Assembly (NCBI GenBank): GCA_050950165.1
Contig: JBMNHC010000001.1
Location: 191,151-255,150, forward strand
Direction of reading: 5' to 3'
DNA length: 64,000 nt
Origin: Candidatus Dojkabacteria bacterium
GTDB lineage: Bacteria; Patescibacteriota; Dojkabacteria; SC72
A program made the position numbers and the translations under genes. The notes beneath the pieces are model-generated. The model searched no databases. It was given only the letters and a program-made list of their open reading frames with translations, and had not been told where the DNA came from. Positions 1 through 9,824 of this stretch are shown here, in pieces (position 1 is the stretch's first letter; each line of letters opens with the position of its first letter).

Positions 1-83
1 AGCGAAGAGGTATCAAATAGCTCTTCCTGATTACTCTCTTCCTTCTGTGTGATATTTTTTAAAATGTCCTTAATTGAATCCAC

Positions 84-1619
84 CTATTTTTTCTTGGAAC
101 TAAGATATTTAGTCACTTTATCCTTATATATTTTCTTAGTCACATTCTCTATTTCTACTCTCATCTGTGGGAAGAGGGTTCCCTCTCTAGCTGTAATGTC
201 TTCGAAAAACCAGAAGATTCTCTCACTCTGACCATAGCCACTTGTAGGAGGCATACCGTACTCTAACATCTCTACAAAATCTATATCCAACATCTGAGCT
301 TCTTCATCGCCAGAGTCTCTAAGAGATTGTTGCTCAAGGAATCTCTCTAACTGATCTACTGGATCATTAATCTCAGAGTATCCATTACCTAATTCACTAC
401 CTGCAATTATTACCTGGAATCTTTCTGTTAACTCTGGTTTGTCACTATGTGATTTAGCAAGAGGTGAGATAAACTTAGGATGATTAACTAAGAAAGCTGG
501 TCCTGAAAGATCTAACCTAATAATCTTCCAAAGATTATCAATTAATCTAACTCTATTGATATCTCCATCTAACTCTATATTGTTTTTCTTTACTACTTCT
601 AAAATCTTCTCATCGCTATCATTGAAGATATCTATACTGAATTTCTCTTTAATTACTTCTGCATAGTCTATCTCTTTCCATTCATCAGCTAAATCAAAGG
701 TGTGTCCTCTGGTAGTGAATTTTGTTTTACCATATACCTTCTCTGCTATATCTACAAAAAGCTTTTTAACTAATTCCATATTGTCTCTAAAATTAGCATA
801 TGCCCAATACCACTCTAGTTGGTAGTACTCTTGAAGATGTTCATCATCTATACCTTCATTCCTAAAGTTTGGACCTAATGTGTAAACCTTTTCATAGCCT
901 CCCCCAATTAGTCTCTTCTGATAAAGTTCTGTCGATATTCTAAGAAAGAAGTCTTGGTTTAGTGCATTGTGGTGAGTAATGAATGGCTTTGCATCCGCAC
1001 CACCCGTGACTGGTTCTAATACTGGGACTTCTACTTCTATAAAGCCTTCATTTTTAAGAAAGTCTCTCTGTACTTGCCAGAACTTTGCTTTTCTTTCGAA
1101 TAGCTTTATTTTATCCTCATTGATTACCAAATCTAAATATCTTCTTCTAAATATCTGTTCCTTACTATTTAGTTTCCTAGGTATTGGTCTTAGTGTTTTA
1201 GTAAGTAGTCTAACTTTTTCAGGAAAGATAGTTATTTGACCTGTTTTACTCTTACCTATCTCACCTACTACCTCTACAAAATCTCCTGCATCAAGTAGGT
1301 CTAAATTCTCCCATCCTATGTATGAGTTTTTTAAATCTTCTTTTATGAGATCTTTCTTTATCATTACTTGAATCTTTCCACTCTGATCCTTTATATCCCA
1401 GAAGAGTAACTTACCGTGTGTTCTCCACGCCATTATTCTACCTGCGAGGCATACTTCTTTACCTTCAAAAGATTCAAACTCTTCTACAACTTTACCTATC
1501 TCAAACTCTCTATTAGATTTAGCTGGATACGGATTAATACCTAAATCCTTTAATTTAGACATTTTCTCTAATCTTAACTTTCTCTGCCCTATTAACCCAC
1601 TTGATAAGGATTCTCCCAT
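84..1619 (-). CDS. lysS: Lysyl-tRNA synthetase, class II
   Basis: 511 aa. N-terminal OB-fold anticodon-binding region. Class II aaRS motifs (FRNEG.., GGG.G.DRL-like) are visible in the translation. Confidence 0.9.
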   Translation of the reverse strand: MGESLSSGLIGQRKLRLEKMSKLKDLGINPYPAKSNREFEIGKVVEEFESFEGKEVCLAGRIMAWRTHGKLLFWDIKDQSGKIQVMIKKDLIKEDLKNSYIGWENLDLLDAGDFVEVVGEIGKSKTGQITIFPEKVRLLTKTLRPIPRKLNSKEQIFRRRYLDLVINEDKIKLFERKAKFWQVQRDFLKNEGFIEVEVPVLEPVTGGADAKPFITHHNALNQDFFLRISTELYQKRLIGGGYEKVYTLGPNFRNEGIDDEHLQEYYQLEWYWAYANFRDNMELVKKLFVDIAEKVYGKTKFTTRGHTFDLADEWKEIDYAEVIKEKFSIDIFNDSDEKILEVVKKNNIELDGDINRVRLIDNLWKIIRLDLSGPAFLVNHPKFISPLAKSHSDKPELTERFQVIIAGSELGNGYSEINDPVDQLERFLEQQSLRDSGDEEAQMLDIDFVEMLEYGMPPTSGYGQSERIFWFFEDITAREGTLFPQMRVEIENVTKKIYKDKVTKYLSSKKK

Positions 1620-1680
1620 TATCTAAAATACATTCAATTAATATATTGGGATTATATCAATAACTGAAGATAAAGAGTAC

Positions 1681-2547
1681 CTACTCATGAATTAGCACTA
1701 AGTCCCCTCTCTCAAAATTGTCATAAAGGTGTTTTGCATCTTCCTTAAGCATCCTGATACACCCTCCACTTCTTCTAACCCCTATATTAGAAGTAGGCTC
1801 ATATACTACATTACCACTAGAGTCATACCACCAAATTAAACCGTGTAAACCATACCAAGAGTCTTGTCTCTTTGAGTAGTAAAACGCCATCCAGTACGGC
1901 ATATATGAACCAGTAGGAGCTTGAGGAGCAATACCTTTATCTATGATTGGATATACCCCATATACTTCATATCCTACTTTAGGACCTGAAAGCAATATCT
2001 CTTTTATAACTTTGCCATTTTCCCATACAAAGAGTTTCTGTCTAGAGTTATCCACCTCTATATATTTACTTGTATATTTCCCATCTGTTCCAGGTTGTTC
2101 TTTCAACTCTATCTCTACCGTAGTACTACTTCCTAATTTAAATGCTTCAAAGACTCTATCATATATATTTTCTAAATCTGGTCTAATATCAGCTTTCCAA
2201 TATATAAATTGACCTTGACTACTAGAGGCAATACTTCTTCCTCCGAAAAATTTATCAAAGTAGGAAACAACTCTTTCTAAAACCTCTTGATATACCTTAG
2301 CTTTATCCACTCTCTTATCCTCCACTACTAAGCTACTAGGAATATCCACACAATCTTGTTGTAAACAAACAGATACCACATACTCTTCTTCTTTCTGCTC
2401 TCTAACTATCTCCATTCCTAATATGTCTTCTGTAGGAACCTCTTCTCCTTTACTCTTAGAAAGACCATTAAAAAGTACCAAACCTAGAAGTATTGCTAAT
2501 TGAATATTGATTACAGTTAACAACTTTAGTGCGGTAGAGCCTCTCAT
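1681..2547 (-). CDS. L,D-transpeptidase (YkuD domain), secreted
   Basis: N-terminal signal/TM. C-terminal catalytic motif ...GVRRSGGCIRM..., resembling the Ldt active-site H-G-C-I-R. Confidence 0.7.
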   Translation of the reverse strand: MRGSTALKLLTVINIQLAILLGLVLFNGLSKSKGEEVPTEDILGMEIVREQKEEEYVVSVCLQQDCVDIPSSLVVEDKRVDKAKVYQEVLERVVSYFDKFFGGRSIASSSQGQFIYWKADIRPDLENIYDRVFEAFKLGSSTTVEIELKEQPGTDGKYTSKYIEVDNSRQKLFVWENGKVIKEILLSGPKVGYEVYGVYPIIDKGIAPQAPTGSYMPYWMAFYYSKRQDSWYGLHGLIWWYDSSGNVVYEPTSNIGVRRSGGCIRMLKEDAKHLYDNFERGDLVLIHE

Positions 2548-2626
2548 CTTTGTATAATATATCAGATATTTTCTTAACGAGTAAGGAATATAGTATAATT
2601 GAAGAATTAGATAAATAGTTAAAAAT

Positions 2627-3916
2627 ATGTCAGAAAATTTACTTCAAAAGGTTACTGCTTTAGCAAAAAGAAAAGGGATAATATTTCCTAATTCTGAAAT
2701 ATATGGTGGTATCGGAGGCTTTTATGATTACGGTCCTGTAGGAGTAGAGATGAAGAATAACTTAAAGAGATACTGGTGGAAAAACATTGTAGATAAGAGA
2801 GAGAATGTTGTTGGTATTGATGGCAGTATAATTTCACATCCTAAGGTTTGGGAAGCTTCTGGACATTTAAAAGGCTTCTTTGATGAGATTGTAGAATGTA
2901 AGAAGTGTCATCAGAGATTTAGACCTGAGGATATATCAGAGAAGTGTTCTAACTGTGGTAGTACTGAATTTACTGATTCTCGAAAGTACAATATGCTTTT
3001 TAAAACAGAGGTTGGTGTATTAGAGGGAGAGAAGGTGACTACATATTTAAGAGGTGAGGCTTGTCAAAATATATATTTAGATTTTCTTAATGTTGTAGAT
3101 TCTACTAGACAACAGATTCCTTTCGGTATTGCACAGATTGGTAAAGCATTTAGGAATGAGGTTACTTCTGGTAGATTAACATTCAGAAGTAGAGAGTTTG
3201 AACAGTGGGATTTACAATTCTTTGTACATCCTAAGGATATGGACCATTGGTTTGAGTATTGGAAAGAGGAGAGGATGAAGTTTTATAAAGAGTTATACAG
3301 GAAACATGAGAATTTACGCTTCTATGAACATCCTAAAGAGAAATTGGTATTCTATGCACAGAAGGCCTTTGATATTGAATATCTCTTACCTTGGGGTTGG
3401 GCAGAAAACGAGGGTATACATTGGAGAAGTGATTATGACCTAACTCAGCATAGTAAGTTTAGTGGAAAAGAGCTTAAGTATACAGATCCCATTACTGGAG
3501 AAAAATATATTCCATGGATTGTGGAGACTTCAGGAGGTGTAGACAGGACTCTGCTTATGCTTCTTTTTGATGCATACGAGGAGGAGGATTTAGGAGATGG
3601 GAATATTAGAACTGTACTTAAGATTCATCCTGAGATAGCTGCGTACAAGGCTGCAATATTCCCTCTTGTAGGGAATAAAGAGAATATTACTAACAAGGCA
3701 AGAGAGGTATTTGAGATGTTGGTAGAGGACCACAAAGTAGTTTGGGACAACAGAGGTAATATTGGTAAGAGGTATAGATATCAAGATGAGATAGGGACAC
3801 CATACTGTATTACCATTGACTATGAAACTCTAGAGAATGATACTGTAACCGTAAGAGATAGAGATAGTATGGAGCAAAGAAGAGTAAAAATTGAAGACTT
3901 AGAATCTATACTCTAA
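2627..3916 (+). CDS. glyQS: Glycyl-tRNA synthetase (alpha2 type)
   Basis: 429 aa. N-terminal FPNSEIYGG..GFYDYGP motif. Class II core and C-terminal anticodon-binding domain. Confidence 0.88.
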   Translation: MSENLLQKVTALAKRKGIIFPNSEIYGGIGGFYDYGPVGVEMKNNLKRYWWKNIVDKRENVVGIDGSIISHPKVWEASGHLKGFFDEIVECKKCHQRFRPEDISEKCSNCGSTEFTDSRKYNMLFKTEVGVLEGEKVTTYLRGEACQNIYLDFLNVVDSTRQQIPFGIAQIGKAFRNEVTSGRLTFRSREFEQWDLQFFVHPKDMDHWFEYWKEERMKFYKELYRKHENLRFYEHPKEKLVFYAQKAFDIEYLLPWGWAENEGIHWRSDYDLTQHSKFSGKELKYTDPITGEKYIPWIVETSGGVDRTLLMLLFDAYEEEDLGDGNIRTVLKIHPEIAAYKAAIFPLVGNKENITNKAREVFEMLVEDHKVVWDNRGNIGKRYRYQDEIGTPYCITIDYETLENDTVTVRDRDSMEQRRVKIEDLESIL

Positions 3917-3918
3917 GC

Positions 3919-4389
3919 TTAACAAACATCCAATATTTTATACTCTGTTTTCTTACCTCGTATTTTAACTTCTACACTATCTCCTGATTTAGCTTTCATA
4001 AGGGCCTTCCCCAATGGAGAATTATCCGAGATATAGCTTTTTTCTGGATCAGCTTCTAATGAAGATACTATCTTTACATCAAATACTTTATCATTTTGTT
4101 TTAACTTAACAGTAGATCCTAATGTAATCCTGTAGGGTTCACAGAATTCTTTCTCTTCAAGAATCTGACAGTTTTCTAATATATCACTTATTTCATCTAT
4201 TTTACGCTCTACTGCTTCTTTCTCCTCTAATATCTCTCCTAGAGTAGTATCATCTTCACTTAAATCTTCCTGTCTTGCTTCCGCAAGCCTATTAGCAATA
4301 TCCTTAAGGGTTTCTTCTTGAAGTTTCTTAAGTTCTTCAATCAATTCAAACTTCTTCTCTTCCGTTATCCTATACTTCTTATTAGCCAT
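3919..4389 (-). CDS. GreA/GreB-family transcription elongation factor paralogue
   Basis: 156 aa. Coiled-coil N-terminal half. C-terminal FKBP-like motif SPLGKALMKAKSGDSVEV. Confidence 0.65.
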   Translation of the reverse strand: MANKKYRITEEKKFELIEELKKLQEETLKDIANRLAEARQEDLSEDDTTLGEILEEKEAVERKIDEISDILENCQILEEKEFCEPYRITLGSTVKLKQNDKVFDVKIVSSLEADPEKSYISDNSPLGKALMKAKSGDSVEVKIRGKKTEYKILDVC

Positions 4390-4455
4390 AGGAATATTTT
4401 CTTAATTTAGTCCTTACAAATTGTAAGTTATTTGGATATGCTAAACAAGGTCAAA

Positions 4456-5133
4456 CTATTTACTCATATCTGGTTTTTTAGTTTTAGTTTCTACTAATGC
4501 TTTTTCTTTTCTCCACTCTTCTATTTTTCTATGGTCTCCTGAGAGAAGAATTTCTGGTACTTGCCAGTTTTGAAATTTCTCAGGTTTTGTATATTGAGGA
4601 AAGTCTAGAGTATTGTTAGTAAATGACTCATCTATTAAAGATTCTTCATTACCTAAAACGCCTGGTATTAATCTTGTAATCCCATCTACAAGTACTAGTG
4701 CTGGTAACTCACCACCAGAGAGAACATATTCGCCAATGGAGAATTCATAATCTACTAAATGGTCGTGTATTCTTTGGTCAAAGCCTTCATATCTTCCACA
4801 GAGGATTATCATATGTAGGTCTTTTTGTTGAGAGAATTCTACCAGCTTTCTCTGTACTAGTTTTTCTCCTTTGGGTGTAGTTATTGCAACTATGGTATTT
4901 TCTTTTTTTAATTCTTTTATTGCATTATATATCGGTTCTATCTTCATTATCATTCCGGGACCTCCTCCATATGGTGTATCGTCTACTGTTTTGTGTTTGT
5001 CTGTTGTCCATTTTCTTAGGTCATGGACATCAATTTGAGCTAAACCTTTTTCTCTTGCTATTCTTACTATTCCTGTATTTATATATTCCTCTACTATATT
5101 AGGAAATATTGTTATTATATCGAATTTTGTCAT
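4456..5133 (-). CDS. trmD: tRNA (guanine37-N1)-methyltransferase
   Basis: 225 aa. MTKFDIITIFP...YGGGPGM... SPOUT/TrmD signature. Confidence 0.9.
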   Translation of the reverse strand: MTKFDIITIFPNIVEEYINTGIVRIAREKGLAQIDVHDLRKWTTDKHKTVDDTPYGGGPGMIMKIEPIYNAIKELKKENTIVAITTPKGEKLVQRKLVEFSQQKDLHMIILCGRYEGFDQRIHDHLVDYEFSIGEYVLSGGELPALVLVDGITRLIPGVLGNEESLIDESFTNNTLDFPQYTKPEKFQNWQVPEILLSGDHRKIEEWRKEKALVETKTKKPDMSK

Positions 5134-5141
5134 TTAAATTG

Positions 5142-6773
5142 CTACCTTTTATCTCTATATATTGTCCTATCCCAAGAATTTTTTGACAAATCAAAACTCT
5201 TGTCAAAAGAGCCATAATTCCAAATCAAAAAGATTCCTTCCCCTTTTGAGTCGCGAAGTAGTGTCGTTGCCTTACTAGTATAGGCTCCTCCATCACAATA
5301 ATAAAGTACGTAAAACATCGAGATTATTGAATAGACTTCGCTCTTTGATGGTCTCTCCTTATCAAAAAAATCAATCGCTGCTTTCGTAGCTATATCATAA
5401 ATCCCTGTCTGATTATCAGGAATTTTATTAACCAACTTGTCATGTATTGCGGCTGATCCTTCTCCTATTACTGTTAGAATTAGACGTTTTAACTTATCAT
5501 CCACTTGTAATTCTTCTAAAAACTGTTTAGCGTACGCATTATTAAGTTGTTGTTCTCTAAATTTATTTATATGACCCCCTTCTCGTGCAATAGGTTTACC
5601 TATATCGTGAACTAATATAGCTAATCTCATAGGAGCAAGTAACTCAACGGGTATGATATCTCCAAAAGATTCTTCAAAATTTCTTAATACTGTCTCTGTA
5701 TGTTCCTCTAATGTAAAACCTTCCCACACGCCAATCTTCTTTTCAAAATGTTCTTTATAACCTCCTATCCTTTTAGCAGATTGTATAATTTTATATGGTC
5801 TACCGTAGTTTCTTTTTAACTCATACAAAAATCTCTCATTTTTCAAATTAGGAATTCCTAACATCTCTTTTGGTAAATAGGGAGCTATTGCACCAAACTT
5901 TCTCTTCATTATCTCTCTTTGATTGATTCGAGACTTTTCAACCAACTCTCTTTTATTAACCATTCCCATATCAAAAATCGCAGTACTTTCGATATCTTTA
6001 TGAAGAGTTCCTGAGTGTATACCTATTGTTACACCAACTATTTTATATTCTCTGCAAAACCTACGAATATAGTCAGAGTCAAATGGGAATTTACCATTAG
6101 GAGCAGGGTAATGATCGCTCTGCTCTAAGAAAAGTAAGAATGCGTATCCCGGATTATTCTCTAGTGCATAACGAGATATCCCTGATCCTACAACTTGTTT
6201 AGATAAACCATATACTTCCTGCTTTGTTAAATCAGAGAATCTATTATTTTGACTAAACTCCTCTATTTGATCAAATGTCAGATATTTCTTCTTATAGAGA
6301 GCCTGTAATAAAGGTTTTGCACTTTTTCTATATTTGAATGGAATAGGAGATCCTACACTGTGATGAATCGTCAAGTCTTTAAAACACTCGTTAATTTTCC
6401 TCTTAGTTTCATCATCTCTTTTTGTTAAAAGGTTTACTATATATACATTTGGATCATAAGACATAATCTCATGAATTTCAGATTTCTTTTTATCCGTATG
6501 CCTAGCAGATGCAAAAGCAGAAGCAAGCTCACGAGAACCTGTATGTAGAACAGGGAGTTTAAAAACAGTTGAAGTATTTTCAGTTTCGTAACCGGGGTCG
6601 ACTTTCCATTCAGTACTACCATCAGATGCCCTACCATGAAACAGCTCCATTTCCGACATGGGAACCAGAAACTTTAAATTTTTTAATTCCTGAATTGCAA
6701 TACTTCTTTTATCTGAAGCATCGGTATTTTCAGAATCCAATCTTGTTTTTACTTCATAATTTTCGTTATCCAC
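5142..6773 (-). CDS. HD-domain phosphohydrolase family protein with large uncharacterised N-terminal region
   Basis: 543 aa. H..HD..H..D metal-binding pattern (EEHTETV / LVHDIGKP / GGHINKF / AAIHDK) in the C-terminal half. N-terminal ~330 aa has no recognisable motif except an LFHG element. An 8-nt gap to trmD suggests an operon. Confidence 0.6.
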   Translation of the reverse strand: MDNENYEVKTRLDSENTDASDKRSIAIQELKNLKFLVPMSEMELFHGRASDGSTEWKVDPGYETENTSTVFKLPVLHTGSRELASAFASARHTDKKKSEIHEIMSYDPNVYIVNLLTKRDDETKRKINECFKDLTIHHSVGSPIPFKYRKSAKPLLQALYKKKYLTFDQIEEFSQNNRFSDLTKQEVYGLSKQVVGSGISRYALENNPGYAFLLFLEQSDHYPAPNGKFPFDSDYIRRFCREYKIVGVTIGIHSGTLHKDIESTAIFDMGMVNKRELVEKSRINQREIMKRKFGAIAPYLPKEMLGIPNLKNERFLYELKRNYGRPYKIIQSAKRIGGYKEHFEKKIGVWEGFTLEEHTETVLRNFEESFGDIIPVELLAPMRLAILVHDIGKPIAREGGHINKFREQQLNNAYAKQFLEELQVDDKLKRLILTVIGEGSAAIHDKLVNKIPDNQTGIYDIATKAAIDFFDKERPSKSEVYSIISMFYVLYYCDGGAYTSKATTLLRDSKGEGIFLIWNYGSFDKSFDLSKNSWDRTIYRDKR

Positions 6774-6903
6774 CTCTATATATTTATCTATTTAAATATT
6801 TTCTAATTATACTAAAATTTCCTTCACAACTTCTATACTATATATTTTCCTTAGTATAACTAGTATAATATGAATAGTACATAAACTGTTTGTAAAATTA
6901 CTA

Positions 6904-7338
6904 GTGAAATCATATAGAGCTGGAGGGATAGTAATTAATAAGGAGAATAAGATTGCGTTAGCAAATGAACACCTTTGGGGATTTCCAAGAGGAGGTGTTG
7001 AAGATGGAGAAGATTTTATTTCCGCAGCAAAAAGGGAAGTTTTAGAAGAGACTGGTTTAGATCAATTTGAATCAATAGAGGAATTAGGGATATATGAAAG
7101 ATATCCAAATGACATTTCAAAAGACACACCAGGAGCTTATCCTATGGAGATACATATGTTTCTTTTCAAAATTAATGAGGAACAAGAATTTAATCCATTA
7201 GATAAGAATGTTAAAGAGGTAGGATGGTTTACATATGAAGAAGCTTTAGAGAGATTAACCAATGATGAAGATAGAGAGTTTTTACAAGAGCATAGGAGAG
7301 AGGTTTTAGAGGTAAGAAGAGAGATAAAGAACAACTAG
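6904..7338 (+). CDS. NUDIX hydrolase
   Basis: 144 aa. Nudix box GGVEDGEDFISAAKREVLEETG (GX5EX7REUXEEXGU). Confidence 0.85.
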   Translation: MKSYRAGGIVINKENKIALANEHLWGFPRGGVEDGEDFISAAKREVLEETGLDQFESIEELGIYERYPNDISKDTPGAYPMEIHMFLFKINEEQEFNPLDKNVKEVGWFTYEEALERLTNDEDREFLQEHRREVLEVRREIKNN

Positions 7339-7340
7339 AT

Positions 7341-7829
7341 TTATTCCTCTGTCCAAACTAGTTTTCCACCTAATCTGAAAAAATGTTCAAATCTTACTGT
7401 AATTTTATCTTTAGGAATTACTGCTTCTTTGCTCTTTGATTGCCATGATTCATCGTTGTATTTTATGAATTTCTCAGGAGGAACAACATATAATGTTCCT
7501 ACATTATCTTCCATATATCTTTTCCACTTTGCAGGTATCTTAACTTCTAAAGAAGATTGATTTCCAGTAATCCATATATCTCCTTTTAGGATTTCTTTTG
7601 GAACTTTTTCTGTACTTATTAAGGCAAATATACAAGTTTGAGGATTTGAAGTTGCAAACACCGCAGTATCATTATTAAATGTGCTTGTTAGATCACTATC
7701 ACTAGCAGGACGAGGTTCTAACAATTCTATATTATTAACAGTAGAACCATGAAATAGATATCCTTCTTTTTGATAGTCTAATATTTTTGATATATCTGCT
7801 TCTAACTTATCCTCTTTTTCTAATTCCAT
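7341..7829 (-). CDS. Hypothetical protein with an HGS motif (possible ART/Tpt1-like fold)
   Basis: 162 aa ORF tightly packed with neighbouring genes. YLFHGS motif near the N-terminus. No other recognisable signature. Confidence 0.45.
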   Translation of the reverse strand: MELEKEDKLEADISKILDYQKEGYLFHGSTVNNIELLEPRPASDSDLTSTFNNDTAVFATSNPQTCIFALISTEKVPKEILKGDIWITGNQSSLEVKIPAKWKRYMEDNVGTLYVVPPEKFIKYNDESWQSKSKEAVIPKDKITVRFEHFFRLGGKLVWTEE

Positions 7830-7935
7830 AATCTATTATACTACTTCTTATTTATTAATAGCTTATATCTTAACATAACCCTAGAGAATATAAAATTATT
7901 AACTATGTGTGAACCTTTGATATTTTTATGCAATA

Positions 7936-8400
7936 CTATTCGTCACTCCTACCTCTTATGTCAATCCTAGGTCGTTTATCACCCCTGCTTTTAATTTCAA
8001 TCCCAGGTGGCTTAATTTGAATCTTAGGTTTCTTTGGATATCCTTCAAAACGAAGTCCTTTACCTGCAAGAAAATTTTTCATAGAAGCAATTTGTTTCCT
8101 TGGATAATCACTAGAAGTATTCCCCCATGCTGTTAAGAAATAGTTTGAGGACCATCTATCCTTTTTTGCACCAGGAGTAAGACCTATTTCATATGTAGCA
8201 TCTAATTTATACCAAACACCTCCTATATTGACTCTATTAAAAGCATGTGGCGGTCTTTGTACTGACCATTTTTCAGCATTTATTCCCATATATTTACATG
8301 ACAGATAAATAGCATCACTTATTCCTGCACATACAGAATCATTTTTAACTAATGCCGAATATGCCGAAGCAGTGGAATATTGACGATTTAGTGCATCCAA
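7936..8400 (-). CDS. Transglutaminase-like cysteine protease core domain (C-terminal part of a probably frameshifted gene)
   Basis: CAG...HAFNRV...GVWYKLDATY matches the transglutaminase-like Cys-His-Asp core. The ORF starts at a non-ATG codon (TTG). The upstream ORF 8454..8759 is in another frame. Confidence 0.5.
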   Translation of the reverse strand: MDALNRQYSTASAYSALVKNDSVCAGISDAIYLSCKYMGINAEKWSVQRPPHAFNRVNIGGVWYKLDATYEIGLTPGAKKDRWSSNYFLTAWGNTSSDYPRKQIASMKNFLAGKGLRFEGYPKKPKIQIKPPGIEIKSRGDKRPRIDIRGRSDE

Positions 8401-8453
8401 ACCAGAAACATGGCCATCATTAGCAAATTCGACATCAGCATAGCTTACTGTAC

Positions 8454-8759
8454 TCAGAATATGATTATATATATTACTTTCGCTAATTGTAATTCATTTG
8501 CAGATAGATTACTCCCACTTATTAGAGTCCTAAAATCTTTATCCATATTTACTATCTTCTCTCTTAAACTAATCACTTGTTCTTTACTAATCACTGGTGC
8601 TTCTATTCGTCCATCAACATAAGGGACTCCTGTAAAAGCATCAATACTTTCATCTACACCTCTAAGAATTGCATCTTCCACTTCTTGTGTCGGTCTTTGA
8701 TGTACTTCACTCCTTATAGTAATCTTTTGGTTTCCTTCTGAATTTTTTCCTTCTGACAT
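8454..8759 (-). CDS. Hypothetical protein, probable N-terminal part of the frameshifted transglutaminase-like gene
   Basis: 101 aa with protein-like composition. Ends in a (TA)n tract. The frame can be joined to ORF 7936..8400 by a 1-nt indel. Confidence 0.4.
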   Translation of the reverse strand: MSEGKNSEGNQKITIRSEVHQRPTQEVEDAILRGVDESIDAFTGVPYVDGRIEAPVISKEQVISLREKIVNMDKDFRTLISGSNLSANELQLAKVIYIIIF

Positions 8760-8864
8760 AAAACAAACTATATTAATTTAACTACATACATATTTATCAG
8801 CATCTTATTATAAATATTATACATACTTTATAATCCTATAAAAACGACCAATATCTTTCATACC

Positions 8865-9512
8865 CTACCTCCTACTAACAAACATACTATCCTTCAGATA
8901 CCATCTCCAAGGTACATCCTTGTAATCTTCTGCATAATCAATACCTATTCTTGCTGTTTTAACAATATCTTCATCATTAATCTTAAAACCATCATCAATT
9001 AAAAAAAGTTTTGAGTTACTCTTAGTCATATCATGACCATACAGTTCTTTAGTAATATTCATTGCTTGAGATAATTTTCCTGGACCATTTGTTAGGGATA
9101 TGACATCATCTTTACCCCTTCTCTCTTTCATAATATCTAGACCATACAAGGGTTCTAATGCTCTAATTAATATTACTTTAGGGATATCTTTCTCTTCTGT
9201 TACAAAATTAAGTAGATCATACATATGTGATCTATATACATATGCATAGCCTCCATCATTAAATTGAATTTCTGTTCTTTTAGTTCTTCTATTTTGATAA
9301 GCATGTGAACCTTTATCTTCTCCACCAATATATGCTTCTACTTCCACTATTCTTCCTGCTGTAGTATTTTTCCCTTCTTCATGTACTAATATTTTACCTA
9401 GACTTTCTTTTAGGCATACAAATGTGTCTTGTGTATAGAAGGATCTTTTTAATATGTTTTTTCTTAAATTATCAATATTCATATTTATTAGACTTGTACC
9501 AAAATACCACAC
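8865..9512 (-). CDS. mpg: DNA-3-methyladenine glycosylase (Mpg/AAG family)
   Basis: 215 aa. GRIVEVEAY.GGEDKGSHA...YVYRSHMYDLLN.V...GPGKL, characteristic of the Mpg family. Confidence 0.8.
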   Translation of the reverse strand: MWYFGTSLINMNIDNLRKNILKRSFYTQDTFVCLKESLGKILVHEEGKNTTAGRIVEVEAYIGGEDKGSHAYQNRRTKRTEIQFNDGGYAYVYRSHMYDLLNFVTEEKDIPKVILIRALEPLYGLDIMKERRGKDDVISLTNGPGKLSQAMNITKELYGHDMTKSNSKLFLIDDGFKINDEDIVKTARIGIDYAEDYKDVPWRWYLKDSMFVSRR

Positions 9513-9611
9513 GCTTTTTAGTGTATAAGTAAGAACTCAGAATCGACCTACATAATCGTTATTATGACAGAATAATTAAGAACAATATCCCTTCACTATA
9601 GGTTAGCTGGA

Positions 9612-9686
9612 TGGTACCGCTACGGGGAATCGAACCCCGATTGCATGATTGAGAATCATGTGTCCTAACCGTTAGACGATAGCGGC
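9612..9686 (-). tRNA. tRNA-Glu (anticodon CUC)
   Basis: Cloverleaf reconstructed by hand on the minus strand: GCCGCUA acceptor, D-arm UCGUCUAACGGUUAGGAC (tRNA-Glu-like), anticodon loop UUCUCAA, T-arm GGGGUUCGAUUCCCC, encoded CCA. The first pair is a G1-U72 wobble. Confidence 0.8.
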
Positions 9687-9764
9687 ATATCAGGTTAGTA
9701 TTTTACCATACTTTTAAGTATTTCTTAAGCAAAAAGTCCTCTGTTAAACCCTTTAAAGTTAGGG

Positions 9765-9793
9765 TTGACATACATTAGAAATACATATATTAT
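9765..9793 (+). promoter_or_regulatory. Sigma70-like promoter upstream of greA (-35 TTGACA, 17-nt spacer, -10 TATTAT)
   Basis: TTGACA at 9765-9770 and TATTAT at 9788-9793, about 30 nt upstream of the greA ATG. Confidence 0.5.
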
Positions 9794-9824
9794 TCCACGA
9801 CTAGCTAAATTAGAGAGTAGTAAT

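Noticed and set aside
49-231. 60-aa plus-strand ORF
   Set aside because: Lies entirely antisense within the lysS coding region and has a low-complexity hydrophobic translation. It is a spurious ORF.
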